Origin: Promethearchaeota archaeon
GTDB taxonomy: Archaea; Asgardarchaeota; Thorarchaeia; Thorarchaeales; Thorarchaeaceae
DNA length: 64,000 bases
Direction: 5' to 3'
NCBI GenBank assembly: GCA_048939765.1
Contig: JBHLPF010000004.1
Location: 1 to 64,000, forward strand
Part shown: positions 39,739-48,371 of the stretch, in pieces
How the letters are laid out: every line of letters starts with the position of its first letter
How positions within the stretch are numbered: the stretch's first letter is position 1
Position numbers and translations under genes: made by a program
The notes under the pieces: model-generated
Told to the model about the DNA's origin: nothing
The model's input: only the letters and a program-made list of their open reading frames with translations
Databases searched by the model: none

Positions 39739-40680
39739 CTAAAGAGCCTCTCTCAGTTCCTCTGCAATCTCTTCTGGAATTGAGTCATTTGTATAGGTGC
39801 CTGCTCCTAGCTCAATCCCTGCCAAATACTTCAGCCTTGTTCGATCCCTCCAGGGAGGATAGAACTCTACATGGAAATGCCAATGTGTGTGTTCTCCAGC
39901 ATTTGGGCGAGGATGAAACACCATCACATACGCTAACTCCTCAAAGACCTTGGAATATCTTCGCACAACGTCTTGGATGACTTGGCCAAACTCAAGCAGG
40001 TTGTTCTCCAGTTCCTTCAGACTTGGCACATGCTTTCTTGGAAAGACATGAACCTCATATGGAAGTCTGGCTGAAAATGGAACCAGTGAAACAAAGTTCT
40101 CTGTTTCATTTATCACACGTGACTCCAAGGACTTCAGTTCGTTCTCAAGCATTTTGCACACGAGGCAAGTGTCTTCCTTCTCCCAGAACTTCCTCGACTG
40201 TTCTAGTTCCTTGGCCAATCTTGGAGGTATGAATGGCAGTGCGTAGACCTGGGCATGCGGGTGGTCCAGGCTCACTCCGATTGCCCTTCCTCTATTCTCA
40301 AACTGCACCACGTATTCAATACCTTTCTTATTACTGAGTTCTTTGAAGGCATCTAGGTACTCCTTGAAGACTAGCTCGAGCTGCTCATCATTCATCTCCT
40401 CGATCTGCTCATTGTGATTCCTAGAGAGGAGAATTATCTTGCAGTAACCATACGCAGGGGCGTCCATCACGATATTCTCATCAATAGGAATTGGTCCAGA
40501 GTCAGGGCTAAGAGAAGGATATAGATTATCAAGCGTAAGAACTTGCCAATCCCCTTTTGTTTCAGTACCCCCTGGACAGAATGGGCAAACCTGGTTTTCT
40601 TCCTGAAATGGTCTTCTAGCTCTCTTGGGTGTGACTATGACCCATTCTCCCAGAAATGGATTCCACCTCAGTCTTCCCAT
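39739..40680 (-). CDS. galT: Galactose-1-phosphate uridylyltransferase
   Basis: RWNP..GEWVIV..KRARRP, CPFCPG, FENRG..IGVSLDHPHAQ, HWHFHVEFYP. Confidence 0.93.
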   Translation of the reverse strand: MGRLRWNPFLGEWVIVTPKRARRPFQEENQVCPFCPGGTETKGDWQVLTLDNLYPSLSPDSGPIPIDENIVMDAPAYGYCKIILLSRNHNEQIEEMNDEQLELVFKEYLDAFKELSNKKGIEYVVQFENRGRAIGVSLDHPHAQVYALPFIPPRLAKELEQSRKFWEKEDTCLVCKMLENELKSLESRVINETENFVSLVPFSARLPYEVHVFPRKHVPSLKELENNLLEFGQVIQDVVRRYSKVFEELAYVMVFHPRPNAGEHTHWHFHVEFYPPWRDRTRLKYLAGIELGAGTYTNDSIPEEIAEELREAL

Positions 40681-40735
40681 TATTTTATCAACAACCCTTA
40701 CGATACGTTCGTTGGTAAGCCATTAAATCAATGTA

Positions 40736-41545
40736 GTGGACGGGCGCTTTACATCAGGTGCGCACGGAGTGTGGTTGATATTGACCGTTTCTGAACAACT
40801 CGAAGAAATCAGGAAACTCGAAGTGATTGCATTTCACTCATGGCCAGCCCGGGAGATTGTACCTCTTGGGGACTGGATATTGCGCGCAGATGCTGGTGTG
40901 ACTAGAAGAGCCAATAGTGTCTTTCCCTATGGTGACCCTGGTTTGCCCTTGGATGAGGCTATAGGGAAAGTAGTAAGCTTCTACAGAAATCGAAATTTAA
41001 TCCCGAGATTCCAGGTGACAAAAGCCAGCGTGCCAGGCGGATTGGATGACGCTCTTGCGAAGTATGGATTTGCCTATGAGATGAAGACTTATTTCCACAC
41101 CTGCAAGATTGAGGACATTCTGCGAGTGAGTGGCGGATACAACGTGGAGATGTCCTCGGAGCCGGATGATGAGTGGTTCTCCTCTTACTCCCGTATTAGC
41201 GGACATTCAGCAGAAGTCTTGAGAGTCCGGAAAGGAATCTTTGAGCGAATGCCAGTCGAGAAGAGGTTCGCTTCCGTTCGAGAAAGGGGTGCAGTGATAG
41301 GTATCTCCATTGGTGTTATCCATCGAGGGTATCTTGGTATCTTTGGTGTACGTACAGATGAAGAGCATATGCGAAAAGGAGTGGCCAAATCAATCAATCG
41401 TGGCTTGATTTCATGGGCTGAGGAGAAGGGAGCGCAAATAGCCTATCTTCAAGTTGAAGCGGACAACAAATCAGCAATACAGCTCTATGAGGGCCTGGGT
41501 TTCAGAAAGAAGTATGAATACTGGTATCGTCAGCTTATAGAATGA
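40736..41545 (+). CDS. GNAT N-acetyltransferase (tandem type)
   Basis: WP......GDWILR...G.TRRANSV; HMRKGVAK; AYLQVEADN..A..LYEGLGF. The true start is probably slightly downstream. Confidence 0.85.
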   Translation: MDGRFTSGAHGVWLILTVSEQLEEIRKLEVIAFHSWPAREIVPLGDWILRADAGVTRRANSVFPYGDPGLPLDEAIGKVVSFYRNRNLIPRFQVTKASVPGGLDDALAKYGFAYEMKTYFHTCKIEDILRVSGGYNVEMSSEPDDEWFSSYSRISGHSAEVLRVRKGIFERMPVEKRFASVRERGAVIGISIGVIHRGYLGIFGVRTDEEHMRKGVAKSINRGLISWAEEKGAQIAYLQVEADNKSAIQLYEGLGFRKKYEYWYRQLIE

Positions 41546-41565
41546 GACAGACATACCTTGTAGGA

Positions 41566-41585
41566 GGGACCTCCAAAGAGGTCCC
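41566..41585. terminator. GC-rich hairpin between convergent genes
   Basis: Perfect 8-bp stem GGGACCTC-caaa-GAGGTCCC. Confidence 0.55.
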
Positions 41586-41632
41586 GCCGAATCTTTTATC
41601 CTACCAGGTCTGCCGCTGGAGAATGGGCGAGC

Positions 41633-42460
41633 CTAAAGGTCGCCGACCCATGATTCATAGTCGGCTTTGATTTGAGATGCTTCGTCTGAGTCGCCAAAGT
41701 CTGCTGGATCGATGTGCAGGTCGTCCCCATCTTGGACTGCTTCGATCACCATAATGCCTGGGGCCTCGATCTTGACACCCATCTTTCCATCACGCTCAAA
41801 GCGCTCTGTGTAGACTAGGTCTGCGTTTCGGACTGCTGAGTATATTAGGTATGCAGTTTTTTGCTCAGCCGCCCCTGCAGGGGGGGCAACGACTGGCTCA
41901 GGCTCGGGCTCAGGTTCCGGCTCCTCAGTGATGGTTGTAGCAGTGATAGTGGGTGTTTCGGGAACAGTTGGCGCAGGCTCAGGCTCGGGCATAGGCGCTG
42001 GCTTGGCTGGCCTTGCCTCACTTGCTATCGGGGGGCCCGGTCCAGGATCAAATGCCAAGAATTTGTCTTCAAATTGCCATCTCCTTGTGATAGCTTCTCT
42101 GAATCTTTCAATGGCTCCGGCAACCTCAGGGTCGCCAGCATCTTTCTCTAGCATCTCGACATAGTGCGTGGATGCCATTCCAATGTTGGTGATCCCTATA
42201 CTGTGTCCTGACTTCGCAACACTCTTCCCAATTCGAAGTGCGTGCATTCGTGTGGGCATGTTTACATTGCGCCCTACAAATACCCAGCATGTATCATTAA
42301 TCTCATCAAGCACTATGATGGCAGAATCGCTATTGACTAGTGATGCATCTAGCTTGACAGGCGTTACTTCACCAGAATCATCCTGAAGCATCAACATGAA
42401 TGGTTTTCTTGAAAGGGGTTTCTTCGGAATCCCGGTAACCTCCTGTAATGTTGGTCCCAA
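41633..42460 (-). CDS. Gelsolin-domain protein with Pro/Glu-rich linker and C-terminal domain
   Basis: LDASLVNSDSAIIVLDE...CWVFVG.......R..A resembles the gelsolin signature L.S.D.FILD....YVW.G...S..E...A; PEPEPEP linker. Confidence 0.72.
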   Translation of the reverse strand: MGPTLQEVTGIPKKPLSRKPFMLMLQDDSGEVTPVKLDASLVNSDSAIIVLDEINDTCWVFVGRNVNMPTRMHALRIGKSVAKSGHSIGITNIGMASTHYVEMLEKDAGDPEVAGAIERFREAITRRWQFEDKFLAFDPGPGPPIASEARPAKPAPMPEPEPAPTVPETPTITATTITEEPEPEPEPEPVVAPPAGAAEQKTAYLIYSAVRNADLVYTERFERDGKMGVKIEAPGIMVIEAVQDGDDLHIDPADFGDSDEASQIKADYESWVGDL

Positions 42461-42619
42461 ACAGCCCTTCCTATACTCGCTTTTAACAAATCCTCGGACA
42501 GACTCTCAGCCCACTGTCTTGATTCTTCTTCCAGAATTTCCGCGACTCACCGAATCTCCCGCACCAAGACAGTTCTAGTATATTATCATATCTCCTATTA
42601 ACAATACATTCGAGACTAG

Positions 42620-42671
42620 TTTATATAGAGCTCCCATTATGGGAAACTTGCCCATTCTTCCCATTATGGGA
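42620..42671 (+). promoter_or_regulatory. TATA box followed by two identical palindromes TCCCAT-T-ATGGGA
   Basis: TTTATATA at 42620-42627; TCCCATTATGGGA at 42632-42644 and 42659-42671; half-site CCCATT at 42651. Confidence 0.7.
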
Positions 42672-42722
42672 GTCGAATGGCCGGGACCAAAACATAGCGA
42701 ACGCAATGGGTGGGTGCAAGAC

Positions 42723-42980
42723 GTGACCAGAAGCACACTAACACCCGTTCCCTGTCCAGTATGTGGAGCAGTTGTGGACGGTGTCACTGTAGATGAGGAT
42801 TCTATCAAGAATGCCGAACGAGTGCCAGTGATCGTTCCCACAAAGTGTAGCAAGGGCCATGCAGTTGTGCTGTTTGTGGACAGGACCCTTACAGTAAGAG
42901 ACGTTGAGGCCGCTGCTGAGGCAGTACAGGATGAAAAAGATGCTGTAGAAAAAGCACAGGGCTGGATGGACAACTTCTAG
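42723..42980 (+). CDS. Small Zn-ribbon protein
   Basis: CPVCG...CSKGH...LFVD. GTG at 42723 follows a G-rich SD; the longer track ORF runs through the operator DNA. Confidence 0.75.
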   Translation: MTRSTLTPVPCPVCGAVVDGVTVDEDSIKNAERVPVIVPTKCSKGHAVVLFVDRTLTVRDVEAAAEAVQDEKDAVEKAQGWMDNF

Positions 42981-42992
42981 GTGAGAGATGCA

Positions 42993-43382
42993 ATGTTACA
43001 GGGAGTCTACATAGTGAACCATGCCGGGGAGACCCAGGCTGCAATAAACATGGGAGAATTCACGGTGGATGAAGTCCTCTTCGGAGGATTCCTCTCAGCG
43101 ATTCAGATGTACACCCAACAGATGTCAGGAACTGACCTTGAGGAGCTCTCTCTGGACAAGTTTCGTATGCTAATGTCACGAACGGAGAATTCCTTCGTAG
43201 TTAGCGTTCATGACCGAGATGACGAAGATGCAGCTGATCTGAATCGAAAGGTCAAGGCCATTCTCGATAATGGCATGGACGGTATAATCACGGAGGACAC
43301 TATAGAGATGATTCGTGAAGTTGCCCGCAGGGCCGCAGGTGCTGGCGAGCGCGCAGGAGAATGGGCTTCGAAGATGTTATAG
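42993..43382 (+). CDS. Longin-like domain protein
   Basis: vyIvn..G......., D..LFGGFLSAI..Y..., then three beta strands and a helix, i.e. the longin pattern. SD AGGTGA overlaps the upstream TAG. Confidence 0.72.
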   Translation: MLQGVYIVNHAGETQAAINMGEFTVDEVLFGGFLSAIQMYTQQMSGTDLEELSLDKFRMLMSRTENSFVVSVHDRDDEDAADLNRKVKAILDNGMDGIITEDTIEMIREVARRAAGAGERAGEWASKML

Positions 43383-43393
43383 GGGTGAAAGAA

Positions 43394-44779
43394 ATGCAAC
43401 TACTCGTACAGGATGCATCAGAACTTCTGATGGCAGTGACATTGATTCTTGCAGCCATCATTCTAACTCGATATACAAGGCTTCGGACCGCCGACCTTCC
43501 TCCTGAAGAGAGAGGGGCGGGTCAGCCGCTATATCTGTCAGCGTTAGGAATCTTGACGCTGGCAGTGGCTTCGTTCTTGAACTATCAGCTTCCACTTGAT
43601 GCTGCTGCTTCAGTGTTGACTGCAACATATTATGTTACAACAATGCTAGCAGCCGCACTATTCGCTATTGCAGCTCTCATGATATTGGAGTGGAGGCGAG
43701 CTATAGTCGTTCCAGTAGTGATGCTAGTCCTCGGAACTGTCTATACATACGCGATCGTATTCATGGAAATGACTGTGAGCTTTGGCATGGTGGTAGGGCC
43801 AATATCCCTGATTCTCAACCTTGTACCGATTGGGCTATTTGCCTATTTGGCACATAAGACCAAGAGAATCACAGCAATTGCTCTACTATTCCTTATCGTT
43901 TCTTACATCATATATCCAATGGCAAGCACGTCGATTGATCCTTCAATGATTGCGGCACTACTTGGAATTCGGCTTTTGGGTCCAGCTCTGGCGATTTGGG
44001 CTTTTCTCAAGCCTGATCTCGGCGTTTCCATTGAGCTCTTTGGCTATGCTCTGTCCATCAACATAGTCGCGTTCTTTCTCTCCTATGTTGTAGCGATTGG
44101 CTTTGGAGATGCAATACTTTCAATCTCGGTGAGTCTTCTTGCCCTGTTGGCTGTTGTAGGATTTGCGACGAGTACATTCACATTTTCTAGATTCCGTGAG
44201 CGACGAAATCCTGCAACTGGTCTGTTGGCGGTCTATTTCATTGTAGGGTCTGTGAGCTACATCATCGTTGCTCTCACCTATCTCGGTGCATTGACTGGCG
44301 CCATGAATGACTACACTAGCTCAATACTTGGCCTTATGGCCATGATGTTCCTCAACCTCAGTGCCTTTGTTGCTCTTGATTGGCGACGAATACTACTGCT
44401 TCCAATTGTGATTGCCGCACCAGCCATTGTCTTCATGATGATGAACTATCCGACCCCGATTGACGACATTGCTGGTTATGGGGCTTTCTTTGGAATGACA
44501 AACATGATTCAGAACATGGTTCCACTTGGACTGTATTTCTTGCTCTGGTACAGGATGAGGAAAGCAGATGCTATGGGAAGAAGCAGGCCCCTGTTTCTTG
44601 GTCTTGGACTTATCCTCCTAGCCGTTGGTAGCGTGATTGGTATGTTCACTCAAGGTGAGTTCACATCCGTTGGACTCGTTCCAAGCTCAACGTTGCTTCT
44701 TGCATACGTTGTGTTCTGGCTGGGTGTCACTGGCCGAGCCGACCAGCTCCTAGGCACATTTCGTCCGGAGGCACTATGA
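43394..44779 (+). CDS. Polytopic membrane protein, ~15 TM, internally duplicated 7TM module
   Basis: SD GGGGTGA precedes ATG 43394. Repeats: ILEWRRAIVVP / ALDWRRILLLP and LNLVPIGLF / QNMVPLGLY. Confidence 0.8.
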   Translation: MQLLVQDASELLMAVTLILAAIILTRYTRLRTADLPPEERGAGQPLYLSALGILTLAVASFLNYQLPLDAAASVLTATYYVTTMLAAALFAIAALMILEWRRAIVVPVVMLVLGTVYTYAIVFMEMTVSFGMVVGPISLILNLVPIGLFAYLAHKTKRITAIALLFLIVSYIIYPMASTSIDPSMIAALLGIRLLGPALAIWAFLKPDLGVSIELFGYALSINIVAFFLSYVVAIGFGDAILSISVSLLALLAVVGFATSTFTFSRFRERRNPATGLLAVYFIVGSVSYIIVALTYLGALTGAMNDYTSSILGLMAMMFLNLSAFVALDWRRILLLPIVIAAPAIVFMMMNYPTPIDDIAGYGAFFGMTNMIQNMVPLGLYFLLWYRMRKADAMGRSRPLFLGLGLILLAVGSVIGMFTQGEFTSVGLVPSSTLLLAYVVFWLGVTGRADQLLGTFRPEAL

Positions 44780-44780
44780 A

Positions 44781-45299
44781 ATGGCACTTCGAAGCCCAAT
44801 CTACAAGATGGTTCTAATTGGCGAAGGCGGCGTTGGCAAGACCAGCATCACTGTTCGCTACACTGAGGACCGATTCGATGAACAAATGAAGATGACAATA
44901 GGAGTCAACTTCGCATCAAAGGAGGTTGTTCTCGACGATGGGAGTGTCCGGCTTATGCTCTGGGATCTTGGGGGTCAGCCCAGATTCAGGGATGTAGTCT
45001 CCGGATACTTCAAGGGGGCAAGAGTAGCTCTTGCTGTCTATGATGCAAACAGGTACTTCTCTCTTGAACGTCTCACTGATTGGATAAGTCGTGTGAGAGA
45101 GAATGCTCCTGACTGTCAACTCATCTTTGTTGGAAACAAAATCGATGAAAGGCAGAATGGCCAAGGCGTGCCTCTAGAAGAGGGGCGAGAGTTCGCCGTG
45201 AAATACGGAGCCGCCTGTGTAGAAGTATCTGCAAAAACAGGAGAGGGTATCTCAGAGCTGTTTGAGGTCGTCGCTCGTTCTCTAGCGAGCGAAAATTGA
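44781..45299 (+). CDS. Rab-like small GTPase
   Basis: GEGGVGKT, TIGVNF, WDLGGQ, YFKGA, NKID, EVSAK; no C-terminal Cys. Confidence 0.93.
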   Translation: MALRSPIYKMVLIGEGGVGKTSITVRYTEDRFDEQMKMTIGVNFASKEVVLDDGSVRLMLWDLGGQPRFRDVVSGYFKGARVALAVYDANRYFSLERLTDWISRVRENAPDCQLIFVGNKIDERQNGQGVPLEEGREFAVKYGAACVEVSAKTGEGISELFEVVARSLASEN

Positions 45300-45489
45300 A
45301 TTGCAGGCTCTGGGGGCCCTCTCACCTTTCACCCCTCCTCCCTCCTCTCATTTCTACTCCACAGAGAATACTCCATTAGATAGGGATGTCCCTCCAGACT
45401 CAGATAGAAACTATAGAAATAGAATGATAGGACTGGCGCCTGACTCCCATGTCGGGCTCAGCCCTGATGGGGTTTAAAGATGTGTTCGG

Positions 45490-45624
45490 CTAGGTCATCG
45501 CGAATCTAGGACACTTTTCCTTGTTGATTCCCGGTGTTTCACAGGGCTTTTGCATACCTGTGTAGAATTTGAAGCCATCTACCCCGCATTTGCCTTCTGC
45601 AGCATTGTATTCTGGACAAGTCAT
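45490..45624 (-). CDS. Putative 44-aa four-cysteine microprotein
   Basis: MTCPEYNAAEGKCGVDGFKFYTGMQKPCETPGINKEKCPRFAMT, with SD GGTGA upstream. Confidence 0.5.
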   Translation of the reverse strand: MTCPEYNAAEGKCGVDGFKFYTGMQKPCETPGINKEKCPRFAMT

Positions 45625-45802
45625 CAGTAGATTCACCAACACGGTCTTAGTCACGACTCGGTCCCCTTTCTGAGATCCGAGTGACTTCGAGGAGTATTCC
45701 CTCTGAGGGCACATATTAAGCTATTTTGGCTCTCCCTATACCTAGTGTTTTCCACCGCGAATCAGCGTTTAGCGCATGCTATCTGTTTAGTATGCCCTTC
45801 TA

Positions 45803-46612
45803 CTAAAATAGTCCTCGTTCATTGAGTACAGTACGCATCAATGAAGGCTCGTCCGTGAAGATGCCATCCACCTCCATATCCGTTAGCCACTCCATTGTGT
45901 GCCTGTCATTTATTGTCCACACGTGGACAGCTATGTTCCGTTTATGGGCCTCCTGTACGAATTTAGGAGAAACGACTTGTATTGCTCCGTACTTAATCGG
46001 AACCTGAAATGCACGAAACCTGAGATGGGAGCTAAAGACCCTGATAGCATGAAGTCTCAATCCAATGACAAATCTCCGAACCTCTTTTGGGTGTGCACAC
46101 GTCGCCACGTCTGGAAGGATCCTTCGGAATCTCTCTAGCTGTTTTGGTATGAACGATGCTATCACGACAGATTCATGTCTGTTATATTCCTCAATGGCCT
46201 TGGCCAGCTTCTCTGATGCTGCGGTATTTGTGTCCTTCATGTCTATGTTGATTCTTGTATCCGGAAACGTTTCAAACGCTTCCTCAATAGTTACTATTTG
46301 GAATCCTTTTCCTCTGAAAGGAAAGGTCTGTCCATCCAAGGAGTATGAGTGGCCAAGATCCAACTTCCGTAGTTCAGCGAGTGTCCGTTGGCTGACGCTG
46401 CCTGAAATTCCTGTGGTCCGCTTGAGATCCTCATCATGAAACAAGACCAACTGGTTGTCCTTAGTCAGTCTGACATCTGTTTCCAGTGAGTCTGCTCCTA
46501 TCTGCAGTGCAGCTCTCATCGCTTCTAGGCTGTTCTCAGGCGCCTGATTGGGGTCACCCCGATGAGCCATTATCAAAGGACGCTTCTGTCCGAAGAACCA
46601 TTCATCTGTCAT
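45803..46612 (-). CDS. Glycerophosphodiester phosphodiesterase
   Basis: AHRG...APENS, ETDVRLTKD..LV.FHD, VHVWTIN, VDGIFTD. Confidence 0.92.
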   Translation of the reverse strand: MTDEWFFGQKRPLIMAHRGDPNQAPENSLEAMRAALQIGADSLETDVRLTKDNQLVLFHDEDLKRTTGISGSVSQRTLAELRKLDLGHSYSLDGQTFPFRGKGFQIVTIEEAFETFPDTRINIDMKDTNTAASEKLAKAIEEYNRHESVVIASFIPKQLERFRRILPDVATCAHPKEVRRFVIGLRLHAIRVFSSHLRFRAFQVPIKYGAIQVVSPKFVQEAHKRNIAVHVWTINDRHTMEWLTDMEVDGIFTDEPSLMRTVLNERGLF

Positions 46613-46726
46613 TGTACATCTCTGTTGCAGACTGATGCTTAAGTGATGTGCTATGTTGAGTGCCATGCTGAGGAATCTGACAAAGTAAAAATGGACAGAT
46701 GTAGATAATGGTTTCAGTGGAGTATT

Positions 46727-47947
46727 GTGACTGAAGGTCGAAAGAAGCTAGTCACGCTAGTGTTTGTACTAATCGCCATCTTTAGCAACTACTTGATTAT
46801 CACCCTCCTTCCAGCGGAACAGTACCAGGGATGGGTTGCACGTGAGGGAGATGAGGTTGAGTACTATGTTGAGGCAGAACTCAATTCGGGATCAACATAT
46901 GTGGCGAGTCTATTGGATGACTATGGGCTATCTTCTGGTTCCACCTTATCTGTCCGTGCAACCAAAGTCCCTACAGATGTCAATGTTTCTGCAATAGCAG
47001 GATATCTCTTGACCTTGAATGGCATCGTGCAGATAGAACAACGGACTGGTCAGGAATGGGTTCACAGGAACTCAAGTCTGCCGTTCTTCCTTCCTGTGGG
47101 TTATTGGGAGTCAATTGAAACGACCCTGGGCGAACAAATGGATGTGACTATAGAACAGGAGTGGTGGGGAGAGATGAGTCTCACCGCATCACATAGCTCT
47201 TCAGAACTGGGAAATGTTGGCCTATTTCTAGCTTGGGGGATTACAGACGGTGTGCTCCAAGGTATGGCCATTAACGCATCAGCTCCGGATGGATGGGACT
47301 TCGTGCGATTGGCACTCTCAGGTCAACGTCTTGCGTACGAAACGGATTTGAATTGGCTCAGCCGTTCTATCGGTCGAACTCTGATCAGCTTGCTTCTAAT
47401 AGCTGGTGCTTTCGGGCCAGTCATTCTCATAGGACTGCTATGGAAATTGGAAATCAGGGCACGACTGACCAAACCACTGACTGGGACCTTGGCAGAGCGT
47501 CTTGAAATATATGGCAGAGAATACCTATTTGTCTGGAGTCTAGGTGTCTTAATCTCTGCATTGTCGGGCATTATATCCATCCAATTCATCGAGGAGTCGA
47601 TTTCACCGGTCATTCAGTCATATCTTCTCTCAATCTTGCTGGGCACACTAGTTTCCCTGTACAGAGCACGAAGGATAGATAGTCCTGCTGCTCCACTCGA
47701 AGTCATTCAGTATTGTGTCACATGTGTGGCTGTTTCAATATCCGGCCTCTTCATAGTCAATCCAAGCGAGGTAGCTGACCCAGTCGCATATGCTCTGCCT
47801 CTAGTACTGATGGTGATCATGATGGCTATGCTTTTCCTTATGCATCCTCTGAGAGCCCTCAGGTCTAGAATAGAACTGGAGTCGGATGAACTGGTGTATG
47901 CTTCACCTAATGAGAATGATGACTATCCAAACGAGTATTCCTTGTAA
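46727..47947 (+). CDS. Hypothetical membrane protein (N-terminal TM, extracellular beta-rich domain, ~5 C-terminal TM)
   Basis: Hydropathy pattern of a 406-aa ORF. Confidence 0.65.
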   Translation: MTEGRKKLVTLVFVLIAIFSNYLIITLLPAEQYQGWVAREGDEVEYYVEAELNSGSTYVASLLDDYGLSSGSTLSVRATKVPTDVNVSAIAGYLLTLNGIVQIEQRTGQEWVHRNSSLPFFLPVGYWESIETTLGEQMDVTIEQEWWGEMSLTASHSSSELGNVGLFLAWGITDGVLQGMAINASAPDGWDFVRLALSGQRLAYETDLNWLSRSIGRTLISLLLIAGAFGPVILIGLLWKLEIRARLTKPLTGTLAERLEIYGREYLFVWSLGVLISALSGIISIQFIEESISPVIQSYLLSILLGTLVSLYRARRIDSPAAPLEVIQYCVTCVAVSISGLFIVNPSEVADPVAYALPLVLMVIMMAMLFLMHPLRALRSRIELESDELVYASPNENDDYPNEYSL

Positions 47948-48357
47948 TCGCCATGGAATTCCGTTGGCATTTCACGAAGGATTGCTACAAGACGATCTGT
48001 TGCCTTTGCTGTCTTCAATAACCTGGGCATATTGCCTTTGATCTTGAGCTTGCGAGTGATGAACGCCCTGTTGGCACTGATTTTACCAAGCAGAATGTCC
48101 ACCCACACACGATAGGGTGCGCTCAAGATGAAAGAGGTTTCACGCTCACCTGTCCAGATATCCGTCATCTTGCCTTCTGCTATCTCAAATCCCACTACTC
48201 TTGTGTCCTCAACCCCCTTGTCGGGCTCCGCCTGCAATACGAGAGTGTAGGAGTCATTGACAGCTGATGCGAGATTCATGTACTCCTCGTCTTTGTTGAG
48301 ATTCTCCTTGAATAGCTCCAGATACCTGTCATTACCGAGCTCCATTCTATCCGCCAT
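47923..48357 (-). CDS. SCP2 sterol/lipid-binding domain protein
   Basis: FILSAPY..W..IL.GK.....AF..RKLKIKGNM..LL. SD GGAGG precedes ATG 48357. Confidence 0.82.
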   Translation of the reverse strand: MADRMELGNDRYLELFKENLNKDEEYMNLASAVNDSYTLVLQAEPDKGVEDTRVVGFEIAEGKMTDIWTGERETSFILSAPYRVWVDILLGKISANRAFITRKLKIKGNMPRLLKTAKATDRLVAILREMPTEFHGDYKEYSFG

Positions 48358-48371
48358 TTCATTTCCTCCTT

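Noticed and set aside
42639-42722. N-terminal extension MGNLPILPIMG... of the Zn-ribbon ORF
   Set aside because: Both ATGs lie inside the palindromic operators just after the TATA box; the apparent peptide repeat is a by-product of the DNA repeat.
42978-42995. In-frame TAG-GTG junction suggesting a Zn-ribbon/longin read-through fusion (same pattern at 25585-25597; TAG-ATG at galT/galK)
   Set aside because: TAGGTGA is simply the SD motif AGGTGA overlapping the stop, with an ATG at normal spacing downstream. Translational coupling explains it.
45420-45475. Small hairpins with ATGATAG/CTGA boxes (possible C/D sRNA or SECIS)
   Set aside because: Box C is poor, the spacing is short, and there is no in-frame TGA selenoprotein candidate nearby. 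More likely terminator structure between convergent genes.
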